Assembly: GCA_964016885.1 (NCBI GenBank) | Contig: OZ024741.1 | Coordinates: 232,314,001 to 232,378,000 of the forward strand | DNA: 64,000 bases | Direction: 5' to 3' | From: Eledone cirrhosa | Lineage: Eukaryota | Shown: piece by piece, positions 1-15,400 of the stretch | How positions within the stretch are numbered: the stretch's first letter is position 1 | Layout of the letters: the number at the start of each line of letters is the position of its first letter | Program-made: the position numbers and the translations under genes | The notes under the pieces: model-generated | Database searches by the model: none | What the model was told of the DNA's origin: nothing | Seen by the model: the letters and a program-made list of their open reading frames with translations, nothing else

Positions 1-3000
1 TGATATTCTCTGGATAGTATCATACCTTATCAGTTAGATATTCTCTGGAGAGTATCATACCTTATCAGTTGGATATTCTCTGGATAGTATCATACCTTAT
101 CAGTTGGATATTCTCTGGATAGTATCATACCTTATCAGTTGGATATTCTCTGTATAGTATCATACCTTATCAGTTAGATATTCTCTGGATAGTATCATAC
201 TTTATAAGTTGGATATTCTCTGTATAGTATCATACCTTATCAATTGGATATTCTCTGTATAGTATCATGCCTTATCAGTTGGACATTTTCTGGATAGTAC
301 CATACCTTATCAGTTGGATATTCTCTGTATAGTATCATACCTTATCAATTGGATATTCTCTGTATAGTATCATGCCTTATCGGTTGGACATTTTCTGGAT
401 AGTATCATGCCTTATCAGTTGGATATTCTCTGTATAGTATCATACCTCATCAGTTGGATATTCTCTGTATAGTATCATATCTTATCAATTGGATATTCGC
501 TGTATAGTATCATGCCTTATCAGTTGGACATTTTCTGGATATTATCATACCTTATCAGTTGGATATTCTCTGTATAGTATCATACCTTATCAGTTAGATA
601 TTCTCTGGATAGTATCATACCTTATCAGTTGGATATTCTCTGTATAGTATCATACCTTATCAGTTAGATATTCTCTGGATAGTATCATACCTTATCAGTT
701 AGATATTGTCTGGATAGTATCATACCTTATATGTTGGATATTCTCTGGATAGTATCATACCTTATCAGTTAAGATATTCTCTGGATAGTATCATACATTA
801 TCAGTTGGACATTTTCAGGATAGTATCATACCTTATCAGTTAGATATTCTCTGGATAGTATCATACCTTATCAGTTGGATATTCTCTGGATAGTATCATA
901 CATTATCAGTTGGATATTCTCTGGATAGTATCATACCTTATCAGTTGGATATTCTCTGTATAGTATCATACCTTATCAGTTAGATATTCTCTGGATAGTA
1001 TCATACCTTATCAGTTAGATATTCTCTGGATAGTATCATACCTTATCAGTTGGATATTCTCTGGATAGTATCATACCTTATCAGTTGGATATTCTCTGGA
1101 TAGTATCATACCTTATCAGTTGGATATTCTCTGGATAGTATCATACCTTATCAGTTGGATATTCTCTGAATAGTATCATACCTTATCAGTTAGATATTCT
1201 CTGGATAGTATCATACCTTATCAGTTAGATATTCTCTGTATAGTATCATACCTTATCAGTTAGATATTCTCTGGATAGTATCATGCCTTATCAGTTAGAT
1301 ATTCTCTGTATAGTATCATACCTTATCAGTTAGATATTCTCTGGATAGTATCATACTTTATAAGTTGGATATTCTCTGTATAGTATCATACCTTATCAAT
1401 TGGATATTCTCTGTATAGTATCATGCCTTATCAGTTGGACATTTTCTGGATAGTACCATACCTTATCAGTTGGATATTCTCTGTATAGTATCATACCTTA
1501 TCAATTGGATATTCTCTGTATAGTATCATACCTTATCAATTGGATATTCTCTGTATAGTATCATGCCTTATCGGTTGGACATTTTCTGGATAGTATCATG
1601 CCTTATCAGTTGGATATTCTCTGTATAGTATCATACCTCATCAGTTGGATATTCTCTGTATAGTATCATACCTTATCAATTGGATATTCGCTGTATAGTA
1701 TCATGCCTTATCAGTTGGACATTTTCTGGATAGTATCATACCTTATCAGTTCGATATTCTCTGTATAGTATCATACCTTATCAGTTAGATATTCTCTGGA
1801 TAGTATCATACCTTATCAGTTGGATATTCTCTGTATAGTATCATAACTTATCAGTTAGATATTCTCTGGATAGTATCATACCTTATCAGTTAGATATTCT
1901 CTGGATAGTATCATACCTTATCAGTTGGATGTTCTCTGGATAGTATCATACCTTATCAGTTTGATATTCTCTGGATAGTATCATACCTTATCAGTTGGAT
2001 ATTCTCTGGATAGTATTATACCTTATCAGTTGGATATTCTCTGTATAGTATCATACCTTATCAGTTGGATATTCTCTGTATAGTATCATACCTTATCAGC
2101 TAGATATTCTCTGGATAGTGTCATACCTTATCAGTTAGATATTCTCTGGATAGTATCATACCTTATAAGTTGGATATTCCATGGATAGTATCACACCTTA
2201 TAAGTTAGATATTCTCTGGATAGTATCATACCTTATCAGTTGGATATTATCTGGATAGTATCATGCCTTATCAGTTAGATATTCTCTGGATAGTATCATA
2301 CCTTATTAGTTGGATATTCTCTGGATAGTATCATACCTTATCAGTTAGATATTTTCAGGATAGTATCATACCTTATCAGTTGGATATTCTCTGGATAGTA
2401 TCATAACTTATCAGTTTGATATTCTCTGGATAGTATCATACCTTATCAGTTGGATATTCTCTGGATAGTATCATACCTTATCAGTTGGATATTCTCTGGA
2501 TAGTACCATACCTTATCAGTTGGATATTCTCTGGATAGTATCATACCTTATAAGTTGGATATTCCATGGATAGTATCATACCTTATCAGTTAGATATTCC
2601 ATGGATAGTATCATACCTTATCAGTTAGATATTCTCTGGATCGTATCATACCTTATCAGTTAGATATTCTCTGGATAGTATCATACCTTATCAGTTGGAT
2701 ATTATCTGGATAGTATCATACCTTATCAGTTAGATATTCTCTGGATAGTATCATACCTTATAAGTTGGATATTCTCTGTATAGTATCATACCTTATCAAT
2801 TGGATATTCTCCGTATAGTATCATGCCTTATCAGTTGGACATTTTCTGGATATTATCATACCTTATCAGTTGGATATTCTCTGTATAGTATCATACCTTA
2901 TCAGTTGGATATTCTCTGTATAGTATCATACCTTATCAATTGGATATTCTCTGTATAGTATCATGCCTTATCAGTTGGATATTCTCTGTATAGTATCATA

Positions 3001-6000
3001 CCTCATCAGTTAGATATTCTCTGGATAGTATCATACCTTATCAGTTGGATATTCTCTGTATAGTATCATGACTTATCAGTTAGATATTCTCTGGATAGTA
3101 TCATACCTTATCAGTTGGATATTCTCTGTATAGTATCATGACTTATCAGTTAGATATTCTCTGGATAGTATCATACCTTATCAGTTAGATATTCTGTGGA
3201 TAGTATCATACCTTATATGTTGGATATTCTCTGGATAGTATCATAACATATCAGTTTGATATTCTCTGGATAGTATCATACCTTATCAGTTAGATATTCT
3301 CTGGAGAGTATCATACCTTATCAGTTGGATATTCTCTGGATAGTATCATACCTTATCAGTTGGATATTCTCTGGATAGTATCATACCTTATCAGTTGGAT
3401 ATTCTCTGTATAGTATCATACCTTATCAGTTAGATATTCTCTGGATAGTATCATACTTTATAAGTTGGATATTCTCTGTATAGTATCATACCTTATCAAT
3501 TGGATATTCTCTGTATAGTATCATGCCTTATCAGTTGGACATTTTCTGGATAGTACCATACCTTATCAGTTGGATATTCTCTGTATAGTATCATACCTTA
3601 TCAATTGGATATTCTCTGTATAGTATCATGCCTTATCGGTTGGACATTTTCTGGATAGTATCATGCCTTATCAGTTGGATATTCTCTGTATAGTATCATA
3701 CCTCATCAGTTGGATATTCTCTGTATAGTATCATATCTTATCAATTGGATATTCGCTGTATAGTATCATGCCTTATCAGTTGGACATTTTCTGGATATTA
3801 TCATACCTTATCAGTTGGATATTCTCTGTATAGTATCATACCTTATCAGTTAGATATTCTCTGGATAGTATCATACCTTATCAGTTGGATATTCTCTGTA
3901 TAGTATCATACCTTATCAGTTAGATATTCTCTGGATAGTATCATACCTTATCAGTTAGATATTGTCTGGATAGTATCATACCTTATATGTTGGATATTCT
4001 CTGGATAGTATCATACCTTATCAGTTAAGATATTCTCTGGATAGTATCATACATTATCAGTTGGACATTTTCAGGATAGTATCATACCTTATCAGTTAGA
4101 TATTCTCTGGATAGTATCATACCTTATCAGTTGGATATTCTCTGGATAGTATCATACATTATCAGTTGGATATTCTCTGGATAGTATCATACCTTATCAG
4201 TTGGATATTCTCTGTATAGTATCATACCTTATCAGTTAGATATTCTCTGGATAGTATCATACCTTATCAGTTAGATATTCTCTGGATAGTATCATACCTT
4301 ATCAGTTGGATATTCTCTGGATAGTATCATACCTTATCAGTTGGATATTCTCTGGATAGTATCATACCTTATCAGTTGGATATTCTCTGGACAGTATCAT
4401 ACCTTATCAGTTGGATATTCTCTGGATAGTATTATACCTTATCAGTTGGATATTCTCTGGATAGTATCATACCTTATCAGTTAGATATTCTCTGGATAGT
4501 ATCATACCTTATCAGTTGGATATTCTCTGGATAGTATCATACCTTATCAGTTAGATATTCTCTGGATAGTATCATACCTTATCAGTTGGATATTCTCTGG
4601 ATAGTATCATACCTTATCAGTTGGATATTCTCTGGATAGTATCATACCTTATCAGTTGGATATTCTCTGGATAGTATCATACCTTATCAGTTGAATATTC
4701 TCTGGATAGTATCATACCTTATCAGTTGGATATTCTCTGAATAGTATCATACCTTATCAGTTAGATATTCTCTGGATAGTATCATACCTTATCAGTTAGA
4801 TATTCTCTGTATAGTATCATACCTTATCAGTTAGATATTCTCTGGATAGTATCATGCCTTATCAGTTAGATATTCTCTGTATAGTATCATACCTTATCAA
4901 TTGGATATTCTCTGTATAGTATCATGCCTTATCAGTTGGACATTTTCTGGATAGTACCATACCTTATCAGTTGGATATTCTCTGTATAGTATCATACCTT
5001 ATCAATTGGATATTCTCTGTATAGTATCATACCTTATCAATTGGATATTCTCTGTATAGTATCATGCCTTATCGGTTGGACATTTTCTGGATAGTATCAT
5101 GCCTTATCAGTTGGATATTCTCTGTATAGTATCATACCTCATCAGTTGGATATTCTCTGTATAGTATCATACCTTATCAATTGGATATTCGCTGTATAGT
5201 ATCATGCCTTATCAGTTGGACATTTTCTGGATAGTATCATACCTTATCAGTTCGATATTCTCTGTATAGTATCATACCTTATCAGTTAGATATTCTCTGG
5301 ATAGTATCATACCTTATCAGTTGGATATTCTCTGTATAGTATCATAACTTATCAGTTAGATATTCTCTGGATAGTATCATACCTTATCAGTTAGATATTC
5401 TCTGGATAGTATCATACCTTATCAGTTGGATGTTCTCTGGATAGTATCATACCTTATCAGTTTGATATTCTCTGGATAGTATCATACCTTATCAGTTGGA
5501 TATTCTCTGGATAGTATTATACCTTATCAGTTGGATATTCTCTGTATAGTATCATACCTTATCAGTTGGATATTCTCTGTATAGTATCATACCTTATCAG
5601 CTAGATATTCTCTGGATAGTGTCATACCTTATCAGTTAGATATTCTCTGGATAGTATCATACCTTATAAGTTGGATATTCCATGGATAGTATCACACCTT
5701 ATAAGTTAGATATTCTCTGGATAGTATCATACCTTATCAGTTGGATATTATCTGGATAGTATCATGCCTTATCAGTTAGATATTCTCTGGATAGTATCAT
5801 ACCTTATTAGTTGGATATTCTCTGGATAGTATCATACCTTATCAGTTAGATATTTTCAGGATAGTATCATACCTTATCAGTTGGATATTCTCTGGATAGT
5901 ATCATAACTTATCAGTTTGATATTCTCTGGATAGTATCATACCTTATCAGTTGGATATTCTCTGGATAGTATCATACCTTATCAGTTGGATATTCTCTGG

Positions 6001-8800
6001 ATAGTACCATACCTTATCAGTTGGATATTCTCTGGATAGTATCATACCTTATAAGTTGGATATTCCATGGATAGTATCATACCTTATCAGTTAGATATTC
6101 CATGGATAGTATCATACCTTATCAGTTAGATATTCTCTGGATCGTATCATACCTTATCAGTTAGATATTCTCTGGATAGTATCATACCTTATCAGTTGGA
6201 TATTATCTGGATAGTATCATACCTTATCAGTTAGATATTCTCTGGATAGTATCATACCTTATAAGTTGGATATTCTCTGTATAGTATCATACCTTATCAA
6301 TTGGATATTCTCCGTATAGTATCATGCCTTATCAGTTGGACATTTTCTGGATATTATCATACCTTATCAGTTGGATATTCTCTGTATAGTATCATACCTT
6401 ATCAGTTGGATATTCTCTGTATAGTATCATACCTTATCAATTGGATATTCTCTGTATAGTATCATGCCTTATCAGTTGGATATTCTCTGTATAGTATCAT
6501 ACCTCATCAGTTAGATATTCTCTGGATAGTATCATACCTTATCAGTTGGATATTCTCTGTATAGTATCATGACTTATCAGTTAGATATTCTCTGGATAGT
6601 ATCATACCTTATCAGTTGGATATTCTCTGTATAGTATCATGACTTATCAGTTAGATATTCTCTGGATAGTATCATACCTTATCAGTTAGATATTCTGTGG
6701 ATAGTATCATACCTTATATGTTGGATATTCTCTGGATAGTATCATAACATATCAGTTTGATATTCTCTGGATAGTATCATACCTTATCAGTTAGATATTC
6801 TCTGGAGAGTATCATACCTTATCAGTTGGATATTCTCTGGATAGTATCATACCTTATCAGTTGGATATTCTCTGGATAGTATCATACCTTATCAGTTGGA
6901 TATTCTCTGTATAGTATCATACCTTATCAGTTAGATATTCTCTGGATAGTATCATACTTTATAAGTTGGATATTCTCTGTATAGTATCATACCTTATCAA
7001 TTGGATATTCTCTGTATAGTATCATGCCTTATCAGTTGGACATTTTCTGGATAGTACCATACCTTATCAGTTGGATATTCTCTGTATAGTATCATACCTT
7101 ATCAATTGGATATTCTCTGTATAGTATCATGCCTTATCGGTTGGACATTTTCTGGATAGTATCATGCCTTATCAGTTGGATATTCTCTGTATAGTATCAT
7201 ACCTCATCAGTTGGATATTCTCTGTATAGTATCATATCTTATCAATTGGATATTCGCTGTATAGTATCATGCCTTATCAGTTGGACATTTTCTGGATATT
7301 ATCATACCTTATCAGTTGGATATTCTCTGTATAGTATCATACCTTATCAGTTAGATATTCTCTGGATAGTATCATACCTTATCAGTTGGATATTCTCTGT
7401 ATAGTATCATACCTTATCAGTTAGATATTCTCTGGATAGTATCATACCTTATCAGTTAGATATTGTCTGGATAGTATCATACCTTATATGTTGGATATTC
7501 TCTGGATAGTATCATACCTTATCAGTTAAGATATTCTCTGGATAGTATCATACATTATCAGTTGGACATTTTCAGGATAGTATCATACCTTATCAGTTAG
7601 ATATTCTCTGGATAGTATCATACCTTATCAGTTGGATATTCTCTGGATAGTATCATACATTATCAGTTGGATATTCTCTGGATAGTATCATACCTTATCA
7701 GTTGGATATTCTCTGTATAGTATCATACCTTATCAGTTAGATATTCTCTGGATAGTATCATACCTTATCAGTTAGATATTCTCTGGATAGTATCATACCT
7801 TATCAGTTGGATATTCTCTGGATAGTATCATACCTTATCAGTTGGATATTCTCTGGATAGTATCATACCTTATCAGTTGGATATTCTCTGGACAGTATCA
7901 TACCTTATCAGTTGGATATTCTCTGGATAGTATTATACCTTATCAGTTGGATATTCTCTGGATAGTATCATACCTTATCAGTTAGATATTCTCTGGATAG
8001 TATCATACCTTATCAGTTGGATATTCTCTGGATAGTATCATACCTTATCAGTTAGATATTCTCTGGATAGTATCATACCTTATCAGTTGGATATTCTCTG
8101 GATAGTATCATACCTTATCAGTTGGATATTCTCTGGATAGTATCATACCTTATCAGTTGGATATTCTCTGGATAGTATCATACCTTATCAGTTGAATATT
8201 CTCTGGATAGTATCATACCTTATCAGTTGGATATTCTCTGAATAGTATCATACCTTATCAGTTAGATATTCTCTGGATAGTATCATACCTTATCAGTTAG
8301 ATATTCTCTGTATAGTATCATACCTTATCAGTTAGATATTCTCTGGATAGTATCATGCCTTATCAGTTAGATATTCTCTGTATAGTATCATACCTTATCA
8401 GTTAGATATTCTCTGGATAGTATCATACTTTATAAGTTGGATATTCTCTGTATAGTATCATACCTTATCAATTGGATATTCTCTGTATAGTATCATGCCT
8501 TATCAGTTGGACATTTTCTGGATAGTACCATACCTTATCAGTTGGATATTCTCTGTATAGTATCATACCTTATCAATTGGATATTCTCTGTATAGTATCA
8601 TACCTTATCAATTGGATATTCTCTGTATAGTATCATGCCTTATCGGTTGGACATTTTCTGGATAGTATCATGCCTTATCAGTTGGATATTCTCTGTATAG
8701 TATCATACCTCATCAGTTGGATATTCTCTGTATAGTATCATACCTTATCAATTGGATATTCGCTGTATAGTATCATGCCTTATCAGTTGGACATTTTCTG
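1..8800. repeat. Higher-order repeat of about 3.3-3.5 kb (93 and 100 monomers), roughly 2.6 copies starting at 1, 3257 and 6758
   Basis: The same ordered series of variant monomers recurs (TGATA start, GGAGAG, CTTTATAAG, CATATCTT, TTAAG insertion at 771/4027/7528). Offsets are 3256 = 93x35+1 and 3501 = 100x35+1. CCATGG, GATCGT and CATGAC variants occur in the first two copies. Confidence 0.9.
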
Positions 8801-11800
8801 GATATTATCATACCTTATCAGTTGGATATTCTCTGTATAGTATCATACCTTATCAGTTAGATATTCTCTGGATAGTATCATACCTTATCAGTTGGATATT
8901 CTCTGTATAGTATCATACCTTATCAGTTAGATATTCTCTGGATAGTATCATACCTTATCAGTTAGATATTGTCTGGATAGTATCATACCTTATATGTTGG
9001 ATATTCTCTGGATAGTATCATACCTTATCAGTTAAGATATTCTCTGGATAGTATCATACATTATCAGTTGGACATTTTCAGGATAGTATCATACCTTATC
9101 AGTTAGATATTCTCTGGATAGTATCATACCTTATCAGTTGGATATTCTCTGGATAGTATCATACATTATCAGTTGGATATTCTCTGGATAGTATCATACC
9201 TTATCAGTTGGATATTCTCTGTATAGTATCATACCTTATCAGTTAGATATTCTCTGGATAGTATCATACCTTATCAGTTAGATATTCTCTGGATAGTATC
9301 ATACCTTATCAGTTGGATATTCTCTGGATAGTATCATACCTTATCATTTGGATATTCTCTGGATAGTATCATACCTTATCAGTTGGATATTCTCTGGACA
9401 GTATCATACCTTATCAGTTGGATATTCTCTGGATAGTATTATACCTTATCAGTTGGATATTCTCTGGATAGTATCATACCTTATCAGTTAGATATTCTCT
9501 GGATAGTATCATACCTTATCAGTTGGATATTCTCTGGATAGTATCATACCTTATCAGTTAGATATTCTCTGGATAGTATCATACCTTATCAGTTGGATAT
9601 TCTCTGGATAGTATCATACCTTATCAGTTGGATATTCTCTGGATAGTATCATACCTTATCAGTTGGATATTCTCTGGATAGTATCATACCTTATCAGTTG
9701 AATATTCTCTGGATAGTATCATACCTTATCAGTTGGATATTCTCTGAATAGTATCATACCTTATCAGTTAGATATTCTCTGGATAGTATGATACCTTATC
9801 AGTTGGATATTCTCTGTATAGTATCATGCCTTATCAGTTAGATATTCTCTGGATAGTATCATGCCTTATCAGTTAGATATTCTCTGTATAGTATCATACC
9901 TTATCAGTTGGATATTCTCTGGATAGTATCATACCTTATCAGTTAGATATTCTCTGGATAGTATCATACCTTATCAGTTGGATATTCTCTGTATAGTATC
10001 ATACCTCATCAGTTGGATATTCTCTGTATAGTATCATACCTTATCAATTGGATATTCGCTGTATAGTATCATGCCTTATCAGTTGGACATTTTCTGGATA
10101 TTATCATACCTTATCAGTTGGATATTCTCTGTATAGTATCATACCTTATCAGTTAGATATTCTCTGGATAGTATCATACCTTATCAGTTGGATATTCTCT
10201 GTATAGTATCATACCTTATCAGTTAGATATTCTCTGGATAGTATCATACCTTATCAGTTAGATATTCTCTGGATAGTATCATACCTTATCAGTTGGATAT
10301 TCTCTGGATAGTATCATACCTTATCAGTTGGATATTCTCTGGATAGTATCATACCTTATCAGTTGGATATTCTCTGGACAGTATCATACCTTATCAGTTG
10401 GATATTCTCTGGATAGTATTATACCTTATCAGTTGGATATTCTCTGGATAGTATCATACCTTATCAGTTAGATATTCTCTGGATAGTATCATACCTTATC
10501 AGTTGGATATTCTCTGGATAGTATCATACCTTATCAGTTAGATATTCTCTGGATAGTATCATACCTTATCAGTTGGATATTCTCTGGATAGTATCATACC
10601 TTATCAGTTGGATATTCTCTGGATAGTATCATACCTTATCAGTTGGATATTCTCTGGATAGTATCATACCTTATCAGTTGAATATTCTCTGGATAGTATC
10701 ATACCTTATCAGTTGGATATTCTCTGAATAGTATCATACCTTATCAGTTAGATATTCTCTGGATAGTATCATACCTTATCAGTTAGATATTCTCTGTATA
10801 GTATCATACCTTATCAGTTAGATATTCTCTGGATAGTATCATGCCTTATCAGTTAGATATTCTCTGTATAGTATCATACCTTATCAGTTGGATATTCTCT
10901 GGATAGTATCATAACTTATCAGTTGGATATTCTCTGGATAGTATCATGCCTTATAAGTTGGATATTCTCTGGATAGTATCATACCTTATCAGTTGGATAT
11001 TCTCTGGATAGAATCATGCCTTATAAGTTGGATATTCTCTGGATAGTATCATACCTTATCAGTTGTATATTCTCTGAATAGTATCATACCTTATCAGTTA
11101 GATATTCTCTGGATAGTATCATACCTTATCAGTTAGATATTCTCTGTATAGTATCATACCTTATCAGTTGTATATTCTCTGTATAGTATCATACCTTATC
11201 AGTTAGATATTCTCTGTATAGTATCATACCTTATCAGTTAGATATTCTCTGGATAGTATCATACCTTATCAGTTGGATATTCTCTGTATAGTATCATACC
11301 TTATCAGTTAGATATTCTCTGGATAGTATCATACCTTATCAGTTAGATATTGTCTGGATAGTATCATACCTTATATGTTGGATATTCTCTGGATAGTATC
11401 ATACCTTATCAGTTAAGATATTCTCTGGATAGTATCATACATTATCAGTTGGACATTTTCAGGATAGTATCATACCTTATCAGTTAGATATTCTCTGGAT
11501 AGTATCATACCTTATCAGTTGGATATTCTCTGGATAGTATCATACATTATCAGTTGGATATTCTCTGGATAGTATCATACCTTATCAGTTGGATATTCTC
11601 TGTATAGTATCATGCCTTATCAGTTAGATATTCTCTGGATAGTATCATGCCTTATCAGTTAGATATTCTCTGTATAGTATCATACCTTATCAGTTGGATA
11701 TTCTCTGGATAGTATCATACCTTATCAGTTAGATATTCTCTGGATAGTATCATACCTTATCAGTTGGATATTCTCTGTATAGTATCATACCTCATCAGTT

Positions 11801-12479
11801 GGATATTCTCTGTATAGTATCATACCTTATCAATTGGATATTCGCTGTATAGTATCATGCCTTATCAGTTGGACATTTTCTGGATATTATCATACCTTAT
11901 CAGTTGGATATTCTCTGTATAGTATCATACCTTATCAGTTAGATATTCTCTGGATAGTATCATACCTTATCAGTTGGATATTCTCTGTATAGTATCATAC
12001 CTTATCAGTTAGATATTCTCTGGATAGTATCATACCTTATCAGTTAGATATTGTCTGGATAGTATCATACCTTATATGTTGGATATTCTCTGGATAGTAT
12101 CATACCTTATCAGTTAAGATATTCTCTGGATAGTATCATACATTATCAGTTGGACATTTTCAGGATAGTATCATACCTTATCAGTTAGATATTCTCTGGA
12201 TAGTATCATACCTTATCAGTTGGATATTCTCTGGATAGTATCATACATTATCAGTTGGATATTCTCTGGATAGTATCATACCTTATCAGTTGGATATTCT
12301 CTGTATAGTATCATACCTTATCAGTTAGATATTCTCTGGGTAGTATCATACCTTATCAGTTAGATATTCTCTGGATAGTATCATACCTTATCAGTTGGAT
12401 ATTCTCTGGATAGTATCATACCTTATCAGTTGGATATTCTCTGGATAGTATCATACCTTATCAGTTGGATATTCTCTGG

Positions 12480-15400
12480 ACAGTATCATACCTTATCAGT
12501 TGGATATTCTCTGGATAGTATTATACCTTATCAGTTGGATATTCTCTGGATAGTATCATACCTTATCAGTTAGATATTCTCTGTATAGTATCATACCTTA
12601 TCAGTTAGATATTCTCTGGATAGTATCATGCCTTATCAGTTAGATATTCTCTGTATAGTATCATACCTTATCAGTTGGATATTCTCTGGATAGTATCATA
12701 ACTTATCAGTTGGATATTCTCTGGATAGTATCATGCCTTATAAGTTGGATATTCTCTGGATAGTATCATACCTTATCAGTTGGATATTCTCTGGATAGAA
12801 TCATGCCTTATAAGTTGGATATTCTCTGGATAGTATCATACCTTATCAGTTGTATATTCTCTGAATAGTATCATACCTTATCAGTTAGATATTCTCTGGA
12901 TAGTATCATACCTTATCAGTTAGATATTCTCTGTATAGTATCATACCTTATCAGTTGTATATTCTCTGTATAGTATCATACCTTATCAGTTAGATATTCT
13001 CTGTATAGTATCATACCTTATCAGTTAGATATTCTCTGGATAGTATCATACCTTATCAGTTGGATATCCTCTGGATAGTATCATACCTTATCAGTTGGAC
13101 ATTTTCTGGATAGTATCATACCTTATCAGTTGGATATTCTCTGTATAGTATCATACCTTATCAGTTGGACATTTTCTGGATAGTATCATACCTTATCAGT
13201 TGGATATTCTCTGGATAGTATCATACCTTATCTGTTGGATATTCTCTGGATAGTATCATACCTTATCAGTTGGATATTCTCTGGATAGTATCATACCTTA
13301 TCAGTTGGATATTCTCTGTATAGTATCATACCTTATCAGTTAGATATTCCCTATATAGTATCATACCTTATGAGTTGGATATTCTCTGGATAGTATCATA
13401 CCTTATCAGTTGGATATTCTCTGTATAGTATCATACCTTATCAGTTGGATATTCTCTGGACAGTATCATACCTTATCAGTTGGATATTCTCTGGATAGTA
13501 TTATACCTTATCAGTTGGATATTCTCTGGATAGTATCATACCTTATCAGTTAGATATTCTCTGGATAGTATCATACCTTATCAGTTGGATATTCTCTGGA
13601 TAGTATCATACCTTATCAGTTAGATATTCTCTGGATAGTATCATACCTTATCAGTTGGATATTCTCTGGATAGTATCATACCTTATCAGTTGGATATTCT
13701 CTGGATAGTATCATACCTTATCAGTTGGATATTCTCTGGATAGTATCATACCTTATCAGTTGAATATTCTCTGGATAGTATCATACCTTATCAGTTGGAT
13801 ATTCTCTGAATAGTATCATACCTTATCAGTTAGATATTCTCTGGATAGTATCATACCTTATCAGTTAGATATTCTCTGTATAGTATCATACCTTATTAGT
13901 TAGATATTCTCTGGATAGTATCATGCCTTATCAGTTAGATATTCTCTGTATAGTATCATACCTTATCAGTTGGATATTCTCTGGATAGTATCATAACTTA
14001 TCAGTTGGATATTCTCTGGATAGTATCATGCCTTATAAGTTGGATATTCTCTGGATAGTATCATACCTTATCAGTTGGATATTCTCTGGATAGAATCATG
14101 CCTTATAAGTTGGATATTCTCTGGATAGTATCATACCTTATCAGTTGTATATTCTCTGAATAGTATCATACCTTATCAGTTAGATATTCTCTGGATAGTA
14201 TCATACCTTATCAGTTAGATATTCTCTGTATAGTATCATACCTTATCAGTTGTATATTCTCTGTATAGTATCATACCTTATCAGTTAGATATTCTCTGTA
14301 TAGTATCATTCCTTATCAGTTAGATATTCTCTGGATAGTATCATACCTTATCAGTTGGATATCCTCTGGATAGTATCATACCTTATCAGTTGGACATTTT
14401 CTGGATAGTATCATACCTTATCAGTTGGATATTCTCTGTATAGTATCATACCTTATCAGTTGGACATTTTCTGGATAGTATCATACCTTATCAGTTGGAT
14501 ATTCTCTGGATAGTATCATACCTTATCTGTTGGATATTCTCTGGATAGTATCATACCTTATCAGTTGGATATTCTCTGGATAGTATCATACCTTATCAGT
14601 TAGATATTCTCTGGATAGTATCATACCTTATCAGTTGGATATTCTCTGGATAGTATCATACCTTATCAGTTGGATATTCTCTGGATAGTATCATACCTTA
14701 TCAGTTGGATATTCTCTGGATAGTATCATACCTTATCAGTTGAATATTCTCTGGATAGTATCATACCTTATCAGTTGGATATTCTCTGAATAGTATCATA
14801 CCTTATCAGTTAGATATTCTCTGGATAGTATCATACCTTATCAGTTAGATATTCTCTGTATAGTATCATACCTTATCAGTTAGATATTCTCTGGATAGTA
14901 TCATGCCTTATCAGTTAGATATTCTCTGTATAGTATCATACCTTATCAGTTGGATATTCTCTGGATAGTATCATAACTTATCAGTTGGATATTCTCTGGA
15001 TAGTATCATGCCTTATAAGTTGGATATTCTCTGGATAGTATCATACCTTATCAGTTGGATATTCTCTGGATAGAATCATGCCTTATAAGTTGGATATTCT
15101 CTGGATAGTATCATACCTTATCAGTTGTATATTCTCTGAATAGTATCATACCTTATCAGTTAGATATTCTCTGGATAGTATCATACCTTATCAGTTAGAT
15201 ATTCTCTGTATAGTATCATACCTTATCAGTTGTATATTCTCTGTATAGTATCATACCTTATCAGTTAGATATTCTCTGTATAGTATCATACCTTATCAGT
15301 TAGATATTCTCTGGATAGTATCATACCTTATCAGTTGGATATCCTCTGGATAGTATCATACCTTATCAGTTGGACATTTTCTGGATAGTATCATACCTTA

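Noticed and set aside
1-70. Splice-like signals on the minus strand (AAG/GTATGA donor-like, CTAAC/CTGAT branch-like, TCCAG acceptor-like)
   Set aside because: These are short degenerate motifs expected by chance, with no exon context and three stops per monomer on that strand.
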